From positions 1-33,717 of IMG/VR virus record IMGVR_UViG_3300012953_000101: 33,717 bases of DNA; one strand, written 5' to 3'. Position 1 is the stretch's first letter. The number at the start of each line of letters is the position of its first letter. Below the pieces are notes generated by a model. The model had not been told where the DNA came from. It was given only the letters and a program-made list of their open reading frames with translations, and ran no database searches. This document shows positions 9,766-16,868 of this stretch, in pieces. The translations under genes and the position numbers were made by a program. Source of the DNA: a virus. Its lineage: Duplodnaviria; Caudoviricetes.

Positions 9766-10190
9766 TGGCAAAGATGTCTAGAACGCAACTTAAAGGTATA
9801 GTAAAAGAATGCTTAATGGAAATTCTTTTAGAGGGTTTAGATTCAAGATCAGCCGTTAATTCACTAATGGAGTCTTCTCAACCAACTCCTCGAAAGAAAA
9901 AGAAGCCACAAACAACCAGGCGTCCCGCATTAGATTCAATTCAAATCAACTCAAGAATTCAAGAACAGGTTTCAAATTTAACTTCAGACCCTATTATGGG
10001 AGAAATATTTGCAGACACCGCCCGGTCTGGAATTCAAGAGTCTACAAATCAAGGAAATAGAGTTTCTCATTCAGATCAAGTAAGACAGTCTGGAGACACC
10101 GCCGCTAAGCAAGTTGCGCAATCTGATCCATCAGACTTATTTGGAGATTCAGCTCATAATTGGGCAGATCTTGCATTTTCTTCAAAATAA
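9765..10190 (+). CDS. Hypothetical head-associated protein
   Basis: Translationally coupled. N-terminal amphipathic helix QLKGIVKECLMEILLE with several hydrophobic-x-E sites. Confidence 0.75.
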   Translation: MAKMSRTQLKGIVKECLMEILLEGLDSRSAVNSLMESSQPTPRKKKKPQTTRRPALDSIQINSRIQEQVSNLTSDPIMGEIFADTARSGIQESTNQGNRVSHSDQVRQSGDTAAKQVAQSDPSDLFGDSAHNWADLAFSSK

Positions 10191-10215
10191 AAAAATTAAA
10201 TTCATAGTTTCGTAA

Positions 10216-10222
10216 ATAGTTA
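10216..10222 (+). promoter_or_regulatory. ATAnTTA motif (putative late promoter)
   Basis: ATAGTTA 38 nt upstream of ATG 10254. Confidence 0.5.
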
Positions 10223-10253
10223 GTTTTGTATTCCCAATCAAGGAGATTAAAAA

Positions 10254-10538
10254 ATGTCAAAAGTTAAAACTCTTACTCCATCTTTGTTAAAAAGACTTAT
10301 TGCTGAGGAGAGATCAAAGTTATTTAAAGAGACTTCAGATCCTGTAGTTGCAGGAGTGGAAAAAGCTGAAGATGTTGAAGCAGAAGAAGTAGACGCAGAC
10401 GAATTAGCAGGCAGTTTAGAAAAAGATATAGATCATCTTAAAGCGCTTAAAATTGCAGAAGCAAAACTAAGAAGGATCGCCAAGCAAGTCTCCCAAAAGA
10501 AAAAGTTAGTTTCAGAAAGAATAATTAAAAACTTATAA
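10254..10538 (+). CDS. Small prohead-core-like protein
   Basis: Strong SD AAGGAG. N-terminal LLKRLIAEE, acidic middle, basic coiled-coil end. Confidence 0.8.
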   Translation: MSKVKTLTPSLLKRLIAEERSKLFKETSDPVVAGVEKAEDVEAEEVDADELAGSLEKDIDHLKALKIAEAKLRRIAKQVSQKKKLVSERIIKNL

Positions 10539-10550
10539 GGAGAATTTTAA

Positions 10551-11108
10551 ATGGCCGGTAAACAAACAGAAACCACGACAAAAGCAGTCACCAGTACTTA
10601 TACTGGTGGTTTTATTCCAAGCTCCGGAGAGGGCTCTGATGGTTCATCAAGTGCACTTTCCAAGCATGATACGGCTAGTATGGTAGCTGCATATCCAGGA
10701 TCGCCTATATTAGGTGCATCACCACCTGACCAATTAAACTCAGAAAAAATGGCTGAATGGTATCAAGCTAATGTATTAGATGCAACTGTTGCTGGCTCTG
10801 ACTTTGGAGACCAGTCTATGGATTATGATGCTAATGGAGCTCCAGATCAAGGATCAGATACTACTACCGGCGGTGCCGGCCTTCCTGCGAGTGGATATGT
10901 TCCTAATTTATCCTCTCCAGAAATCGGAACCGCAGATCCATCGACAATGGGTGTATGGTCTGGAAGAGACCTTTCTACTCCAACAAGCGTTGGAGACGGT
11001 GGAGCTGGTGGAACATCTACAACAGCTAAGGATTCATCAGCTCAGCAGTCCGGTGCAACTCTTGGAGATTATGGATTAGGTAGTTCACCCTACATAAGAC
11101 CGGAATAA
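10551..11108 (+). CDS. Gly/Ser/Thr-rich low-complexity protein, probably virion-associated
   Basis: Strong SD TAAGGAG. 185 aa, few large hydrophobic residues, located in the head module. Confidence 0.8.
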   Translation: MAGKQTETTTKAVTSTYTGGFIPSSGEGSDGSSSALSKHDTASMVAAYPGSPILGASPPDQLNSEKMAEWYQANVLDATVAGSDFGDQSMDYDANGAPDQGSDTTTGGAGLPASGYVPNLSSPEIGTADPSTMGVWSGRDLSTPTSVGDGGAGGTSTTAKDSSAQQSGATLGDYGLGSSPYIRPE

Positions 11109-11109
11109 A

Positions 11110-11661
11110 GTGCCTATAAATCCTCAATATCCCAGTGGAGTAACTGATACCAGATCTGATCTGGGGTATGGGACTACGAAAGCAAAATTTCACAAACATA
11201 GAAGCTTCAACCAATATCCGGAGCCGCCTGAAGAAGATTCAGCGACCGAGGAAGAAATTGAAGCTTCTACTTTTGTATCTGTAGCAAAAAAATTGTTAAA
11301 CTATAAACCTGTAGATCATCTTTCTAAAAATAAGACTGATCCTTTTTATTATGTTGGCTCTGCTACAAAACTTTCTGAAGAAAATTTTACTGCGAAAGGA
11401 ATGGTTCCATTTCCTAAAATGTATAAAAACAAACAAGCGGTATCTGGTGGTACCGCAGCCAATTATCCAACCGGCCCTACTTCTGGTTTTCAATCTAGAT
11501 CCCGGCCAACAGGAACAAAAAGGGGATTTTCAAAACCTCCTTACCCAAAAGAAGAAGATACAAATTTGTATTCAATTATGGACATTTTAAACAAAGATGA
11601 TGATCAAGAGCATTTACAAGATCTGAAATTGTTGATTAGAATGATTCACGCTCAACAATAA
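11110..11661 (+). CDS. Hypothetical Pro/Lys-rich protein
   Basis: 183-aa ORF filling the gap exactly. GTG start 1 nt after the previous stop, no clear SD. Confidence 0.65.
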   Translation: MPINPQYPSGVTDTRSDLGYGTTKAKFHKHRSFNQYPEPPEEDSATEEEIEASTFVSVAKKLLNYKPVDHLSKNKTDPFYYVGSATKLSEENFTAKGMVPFPKMYKNKQAVSGGTAANYPTGPTSGFQSRSRPTGTKRGFSKPPYPKEEDTNLYSIMDILNKDDDQEHLQDLKLLIRMIHAQQ

Positions 11662-11697
11662 TCAATAGCTTAACGGGAAAATTAACGTTTATAAAGT

Positions 11698-11704
11698 ATA
11701 ATTA
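11698..11704 (+). promoter_or_regulatory. ATAnTTA motif (putative late promoter) upstream of scaffold and MCP
   Basis: ATAATTA 37 nt upstream of ATG 11735. Confidence 0.5.
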
Positions 11705-11734
11705 AAGTTTGAAGTTTTTAATTTAAGGTGAAAT

Positions 11735-13327
11735 ATGAGTCTTAACATATATCAAGATGCTATTATAGAAGCAAAGCAGCTAAGAGAAGCTGCTGAGCAA
11801 AATGCTAAAAATAAAATAATAGAAGCCATCACGCCACAAATCCAGATGATGATTGAACAACAATTAGAAGATGAATTTGACGACGACGCGATGGGCTTCG
11901 AAGATTTAGATGATGAATCTCTTGAAGATGAAGTCCCTGAGCCGTCTTTAGACTTAGGTTCTTTATCTTTATCGAGTATGCCAGAAGATACCGACGATGA
12001 CCCGGCCGATGAAGAAGATTCTATCGATCCATTGATAGGTATTAAAGTCATGGGAGATATGGAGATCGATCTAGATTCAGAACAAGACGAAGATGACGAT
12101 GAAGATCTTCTTTTAAATAAAGAGGGTGTTGAGTATCTAGAATCTTTTATTAAAGAATCAAAAAATAATAGGATTTCTCATAGAATAGAAGTTCTGGGAG
12201 AGGGGATTGCGAGTCTCTCTGAAGCAATATCCAATATTGAACTCTCCAAATTAAACACTAGAGAGAGGGCAATTGCCATTAATTACTATGGTAAATTGCT
12301 AAGAGAGATTTATAGTTTATCTCAGAACATTATATTTATGAACGAGTCTATAGACGACAGGCTCGAATATCAAATTATTTCAATGCTTAAGGAGTTAAAA
12401 GACATGTCAAAAGCAAATGATAGAGCAGCATTCCGTAGGCTCTTTGAAGAGCTGGCCCAAGCAGGCCTCACGGAGCAGGAAGACGCGGCTGAAGAAGCTG
12501 AAGAGGCTGAAGAAGCAGAGTTAGATGTTGATGTTGATGCTGCAGAAGGAGCCCTAGAAGATCTAGGCGCTGCGCTCGGTTTAGACATTGAAATATCTGA
12601 TGATGCAGTCGAAGCCGATGAAGACGAAGACGAAGATGAAGATGAAGATGAAGATGTAGAAGCCGGCGAAGAGCTCGATCTTGATCTTTCAGAAGAAGAC
12701 GAAATGCACCACGGAGAAACTGACGAAACAGATGAGGTTTATGAGATCTCAGAAGCATCACTCCGTAGAGAGCTTCGTAAAATGAGACGTCTTAGAGAGC
12801 AAGAAGAAGCAGCAGATGCAGACCCTCACCTTGCTCATGGTGGAGAAGAAATCGGCGATGTTATCGAAATTGACGAAGAAGACCTCATTAATGTTCTAGC
12901 AGACGAACTCGGATCTCACGAAGGTGGAGAGCCAACTGTTGAATCTCGTCGCAGAACTAGAACTAGATCAACTAACCGCAGAAAATTAGTAAGAGAGAAC
13001 ACAAGGCTTAAAAAGCAACTCTCAGAAATGAACCTTTTTAACGCGAAGCTATTATTTGCTAATAAGCTCATGCAAAATCGTGAGCTTTCAACTAAGCAGC
13101 AGCGCGCTATCGTAGAAGCACTTGACAATGCTTCAACAATCAAAGAAGCTAAGTTACTTTATAAGACACTAAGTGAATCTTTGACACGCAAATCTAGAAA
13201 GAACCTTTCAGAAGGCAAATCTAGACTATTATCATCAGCTTCCCGATCAACCCGATCTGCCGCACCGGCAAAAAGTGGCGTTGAGGTTGACAGATGGTCA
13301 GTCCTTGCAGGACTAAACAACAAGTAA
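11735..13327 (+). CDS. Prohead core/scaffold protein
   Basis: Directly upstream of the MCP. Very acidic middle, helical N-terminus (EAKQLREAAEQNAK), C-terminal coiled coil (LSEMNLFNAKLLFANKL) and terminal DRWSVLAGL. Many [LIV]-x-E sites. Confidence 0.82.
   Translation: MSLNIYQDAIIEAKQLREAAEQNAKNKIIEAITPQIQMMIEQQLEDEFDDDAMGFEDLDDESLEDEVPEPSLDLGSLSLSSMPEDTDDDPADEEDSIDPLIGIKVMGDMEIDLDSEQDEDDDEDLLLNKEGVEYLESFIKESKNNRISHRIEVLGEGIASLSEAISNIELSKLNTRERAIAINYYGKLLREIYSLSQNIIFMNESIDDRLEYQIISMLKELKDMSKANDRAAFRRLFEELAQAGLTEQEDAAEEAEEAEEAELDVDVDAAEGALEDLGAALGLDIEISDDAVEADEDEDEDEDEDEDVEAGEELDLDLSEEDEMHHGETDETDEVYEISEASLRRELRKMRRLREQEEAADADPHLAHGGEEIGDVIEIDEEDLINVLADELGSHEGGEPTVESRRRTRTRSTNRRKLVRENTRLKKQLSEMNLFNAKLLFANKLMQNRELSTKQQRAIVEALDNASTIKEAKLLYKTLSESLTRKSRKNLSEGKSRLLSSASRSTRSAAPAKSGVEVDRWSVLAGLNNK
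12620..12655 (+). repeat. (GAAGAY)6 coding tandem repeat encoding (ED)6
   Basis: GAAGAC x2 then GAAGAT x4, read directly from the sequence. Confidence 0.85.
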
Positions 13328-13348
13328 ATAACCTTTTAGGAGATACAC

Positions 13349-15247
13349 ATGAGCAAATTTACGCTTAATCAATTAACTGAAGGTATCCGGCAAAGGCACG
13401 TCGGGACCCATAACCGTCAACTAGTCGAAAAGTGGAGCCGTACCGGTCTCCTCCGCGGCCTTGAGGGTACTACGCGCGAAAACATGGCCACTCTGCTTGA
13501 AAACCAGGCAGCCCAGGTTCTTCGTGAAGCCAATTCAATTTCAACTGGGGGTGGAAGTATGACCTCTAGTGGTGATCTTCGTGGATTCACCAACATCGCA
13601 TTCCCAATCGTACGTAGAGTATTCGGTGGATTAGTTGCTAACGAGTTAGTTTCTATTCAGCCAATGTCTCTTCCATCCGGTCTGCTCTTCTACCTCGACT
13701 ACACCTATGGTACAGTCGTTGGTGATGTTGCTGCCGATGGTGGTGCTACATACGTAACTGGTTCTTCCATCTATGGTTCACCAGTTGGTAAAGGTATCCG
13801 TTCTGGTTCAAACGGCGTCGGCGGTCAGTATGACCTTGCTGGTTCCGGTTACTCCAGAGTCCACGGTACCCAGACCCTCGTCCAGGCTGACATTCTCGCA
13901 TCTGGAGCTTTCCGCGATAACAGCTCTCTAACTGAGAACATCACTGCTATGGCAACTGGTTCTGATGGAAGTTTCCTCCAGTTCGATCCACAGATCACAA
14001 GAGCTATTCTTAATAACAATGGTTCCGGTGGAGCTGGCGCTAAAGTCGGTAACGCTGCTTACTCTTTCGTAGTCGTCGGTGTTGATACTCTTAGTAACCT
14101 CGATTCGTCTATGATTAAGGAAGTCGGCCTTCTCGTCGAGACTCCAGGCACAGAGCCACCAGGTATTGCCAATATTGGTAATGACACAGACGGAAACCCA
14201 ATTCAGCAGGGTAGTCAGTTATTCAATGTTCGTCGTCTTAACAGACTTGGAACATATTCTGGCGGCGCTTGGACATCTAATCCACTTGCTGATATTAGCA
14301 GCAGTGAAACTGCGATTCTTATGGTCGTATCCGGTGTTGCAGGAGACCCAGCTACATTCGGTCCTCGCCTTGAGGTTACTTACCCACTTGCACCAGCTCT
14401 TAGTACTGGAGCAAGCGGTGATACCCTCACCATACCAACCTTCGAGTCTACTTTCACTAGCAGCCCAACCCCAGAGATTCCTGAGATCGACATTAAGATC
14501 GAAAGTATCGCTGTTACAGCTGTTACTCGGAAGCTTCGCGCTCGTTGGTCCCCAGAGCTCGCTCAGGACTTGAATGCTTACCACAGCCTTGACGCTGAGG
14601 TTGAGCTTACTCAGATCCTCTCCGAGCAAGTTGCTCTTGAGCTTGATAGAGAAATTCTTAACGACCTTCTCACCCAGGCTAAGACTAACTACTTCTGGAG
14701 CCGTGCGCCAGGTAACTTTGTCAACAAGAAAGATGGTACTTCTGGTGGCGTCCCAAGTGGAGCTAGCTTCACTGGTACAGTCCGCGAATGGTACGAGACT
14801 CTTGTAGAGACCATTATCGATGTTGCTAATGAAATCCACCGCTTAACGCTTCGTGGTTCAGCTAACTTCATCGTCGTCTCACCAGACGTTGCTACAGTCC
14901 TTGAAGCTTCTGTCCTTTACCGTCCAAGCTATGCTCTCGACGGAGAAGGCCAAGTTTCTGGTGGAATGAGCATCGGCGCAGAGAAGGTCGGTACCCTTAG
15001 CAACCGTTTCACGGTCTACAAGGATCCATACTTCCCACGCAACAAGGTACTCGTCGGATACAAGGGTGGTAGCTACCTCGAAACAGGTTATGTCTACGCT
15101 CCATACGTACCACTGATTGTTACACCTACAATCTTCGCTCCAGAGGACTTCACCCCGCGTAAGGGTGTTATGACTCGCTATGGTAAGAAGATGGTTCGTT
15201 CTGACTTCTACGGTACAGTTACAGTCATGGATCTCAACATTATCTAA
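13349..15247 (+). CDS. gp23: Major capsid protein (T4 gp23-like) with an enlarged insertion region
   Basis: LLENQ, VSIQPMSLPSGLLFY, TRKLRARWSPELAQDLNAYHSLDAEVELTQILS..LELDREIL, GYVYAPYVPL, FTPRKGVMTRYG. Strong SD TAGGAG. Confidence 0.97.
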   Translation: MSKFTLNQLTEGIRQRHVGTHNRQLVEKWSRTGLLRGLEGTTRENMATLLENQAAQVLREANSISTGGGSMTSSGDLRGFTNIAFPIVRRVFGGLVANELVSIQPMSLPSGLLFYLDYTYGTVVGDVAADGGATYVTGSSIYGSPVGKGIRSGSNGVGGQYDLAGSGYSRVHGTQTLVQADILASGAFRDNSSLTENITAMATGSDGSFLQFDPQITRAILNNNGSGGAGAKVGNAAYSFVVVGVDTLSNLDSSMIKEVGLLVETPGTEPPGIANIGNDTDGNPIQQGSQLFNVRRLNRLGTYSGGAWTSNPLADISSSETAILMVVSGVAGDPATFGPRLEVTYPLAPALSTGASGDTLTIPTFESTFTSSPTPEIPEIDIKIESIAVTAVTRKLRARWSPELAQDLNAYHSLDAEVELTQILSEQVALELDREILNDLLTQAKTNYFWSRAPGNFVNKKDGTSGGVPSGASFTGTVREWYETLVETIIDVANEIHRLTLRGSANFIVVSPDVATVLEASVLYRPSYALDGEGQVSGGMSIGAEKVGTLSNRFTVYKDPYFPRNKVLVGYKGGSYLETGYVYAPYVPLIVTPTIFAPEDFTPRKGVMTRYGKKMVRSDFYGTVTVMDLNII

Positions 15248-15271
15248 GATAATTAGTTAATAGTTAATCCT

Positions 15272-15300
15272 GAGGGGCCTGAAAGGGCCCCTCTTTTTTT
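15272..15300 (+). terminator. Rho-independent terminator after the MCP
   Basis: GAGGGGCCT-GAAA-GGGCCCCTC (9-bp stem with one U.G pair, GNRA loop) followed by TTTTTTT. Confidence 0.93.
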
Positions 15301-15311
15301 ATCTTTCGGTA

Positions 15312-15318
15312 ATACTTA
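15312..15318 (+). promoter_or_regulatory. ATAnTTA motif (putative promoter for the tubulin cassette)
   Basis: ATACTTA just downstream of the terminator and 40 nt upstream of ATG 15352. Confidence 0.55.
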
Positions 15319-15351
15319 TTACTATTACCAAAGTAGATCTTGGAGGACACA

Positions 15352-15615
15352 ATGGCAACTACTTCTACTAGTACCACAGCGGTTAAAAAAACAGTAAAGA
15401 CCGCTTCAAAAAACAATACTGCAGCTCTTGAAAAGAGAGTTGATGAATTAGAAAAGAGACTTACAGCTTGCGAAGCATGCTGCTCTGTACAAAAGACTGA
15501 TGGGGATTTTGTAACTTGGGATGATCTTAAAAATGTTCTAGGCAGAGCCGGCGGACAATATCGTGCTCTTAGGAACACCATAAAGGAATCGCTGAGAGAT
15601 GGCAAGCTCAGTTAA
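15352..15615 (+). CDS. Small coiled-coil protein preceding the tubulin gene
   Basis: SD GGAGG at 15342-15346 supports ATG 15352 over TTG 15340. Thr/Lys-rich arm, heptad LEKRVDELEKRL, then CEACC. Confidence 0.75.
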   Translation: MATTSTSTTAVKKTVKTASKNNTAALEKRVDELEKRLTACEACCSVQKTDGDFVTWDDLKNVLGRAGGQYRALRNTIKESLRDGKLS

Positions 15616-16738
15616 ATCTGGTTCTTTAGGAAGAAAATTAAGTAAAAACAAAAAAAAGAAAAAAGAGGCAAAAAAACAAATGATACATGAAAATGAATCT
15701 GGATTCGACGACGATTTTGATTTCGTAGAAGCATATGACGAAGACCCGGCTGCTATCAATGAACAAATGCTTCCAGAAAATGAAGTAGACAGTGCAATTT
15801 CGTGTGCATTTGTTGGAGTTGGCGGTGGAGGAGGAAAACTAGCTAAAGCTTTTTTAGACGCTGGTTTTAACAAAACCTTGTTAGTAAACACTACAGAAAA
15901 AGATCAGCCAGACGGTGTTCCAGAAGAGCACTTTTTATTAATCCCCGGAGCTGATGGAGTCGGAAAAGACGTTACTCTTGGAAAAGAAGTGCTAAGTAGT
16001 AATGGAGCTCTTGTAGAAGATGCTCTTAGAACTAGAATTGGTAAAGTAGATTGGATATTTGTTCTCGCCGGTGGCGGTGGCGGAACTGGAAGTGCATGTC
16101 ACAGCATTCATGACGCAATGTCTAGATATTTAACTTCTACAGGGGCTTCAGGAAAAGTAGTCTATATAGTTACTAAGCCATCTGCTCAAGAGCTTTTAAA
16201 TCCAACCATATCTAATAACTTTTCGCAGCTATTTTCTGATGTAAGCGCTTCTCCCCACATTCTAATTGATAATGAAAGACAGTTGCACCTTTTACGTGGT
16301 AAAGTTGGTATGCTAGGTATGTACCCACTTGCTAATAAAAACTTTGCAAAGCTTTTTTCCCAAGTTTTAAAATTAGCTAATGAACCATCTCCAATTCAAA
16401 GTTTTGACTCTAAAGATTTAGAAAAATGTTTAGCAGTTCCCGGAAGAATGGTTATAGGAAGCACCGTAGTAAGAGATCACTCAGTTAGAGATCTTGGAGC
16501 CACATTATATCAAGGATGTATTAAGTCTTCTCCTTGTCCAGCTCCAGCTAAATCTTCAAAAACCGGTGTATTACTATTAGTAGCAACATCTGAAATAGCT
16601 TCAGATCCAGAAGTATCTAATAAAATAGAAGCTGCATTCTCTTATGTTGGAGGAAGAGCGGATACTTTGTTTTCTGGAGTTTATGTTAAAGAAAGAATCC
16701 CTGGCCTTATAGCAATTTCTTTATTGGGCGGAATGTAA
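15599..16738 (+). CDS. Tubulin/FtsZ-superfamily GTPase (PhuZ/TubZ/CetZ-like)
   Basis: T1 FVGVGGGGGKLA, T2 LVNT, T3 GADGVGKD, T4 signature GGGGGTGS (nt 16070-16093), T5 TKPSAQE, T6 LIDNE, H7 ANKNFA, T7-like SFDSKD. The real start may be ATG 15680 (GAGG at 15665-15668). Confidence 0.92.
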   Translation: MASSVKSGSLGRKLSKNKKKKKEAKKQMIHENESGFDDDFDFVEAYDEDPAAINEQMLPENEVDSAISCAFVGVGGGGGKLAKAFLDAGFNKTLLVNTTEKDQPDGVPEEHFLLIPGADGVGKDVTLGKEVLSSNGALVEDALRTRIGKVDWIFVLAGGGGGTGSACHSIHDAMSRYLTSTGASGKVVYIVTKPSAQELLNPTISNNFSQLFSDVSASPHILIDNERQLHLLRGKVGMLGMYPLANKNFAKLFSQVLKLANEPSPIQSFDSKDLEKCLAVPGRMVIGSTVVRDHSVRDLGATLYQGCIKSSPCPAPAKSSKTGVLLLVATSEIASDPEVSNKIEAAFSYVGGRADTLFSGVYVKERIPGLIAISLLGGM

Positions 16739-16804
16739 AAAAAAATATTAAAGAGTTACATGTAAAAATCACACGTAGATTTTTAACAGGGTAATTTTTC
16801 TAAA

Positions 16805-16866
16805 AAAAGCCTCTGGGAATTAACTATTTATTTACTATATTTAGTAATGTAGTTCCAGAGGCTTTT
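16805..16866 (+). promoter_or_regulatory. Inverted repeat covering the RBS of the neck gene, with an ATAnTTA motif in the loop
   Basis: AAAAGCCTCTGG (16805-16816) and CCAGAGGCTTTT (16855-16866) form a perfect 12-bp pair. ATATTTA at 16837. ATG at 16869. Confidence 0.7.
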
Positions 16867-16868
16867 AT

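Noticed and set aside
11752-14871. Alternative-frame and antisense ORFs in the scaffold and MCP, including a His/Leu repeat ORF
   Set aside because: By-products of acidic GAA/GAT repeats and codon bias.
15249-15266. Two ATAnTTA copies just upstream of the MCP terminator
   Set aside because: Transcripts from here would end almost at once. They are probably chance matches and show the motif's background rate.
15248-16868. TubZRC-type centromere iterons around the tubulin gene
   Set aside because: No direct-repeat array is visible in the flanks, and no helix-turn-helix TubR-like ORF was recognised.
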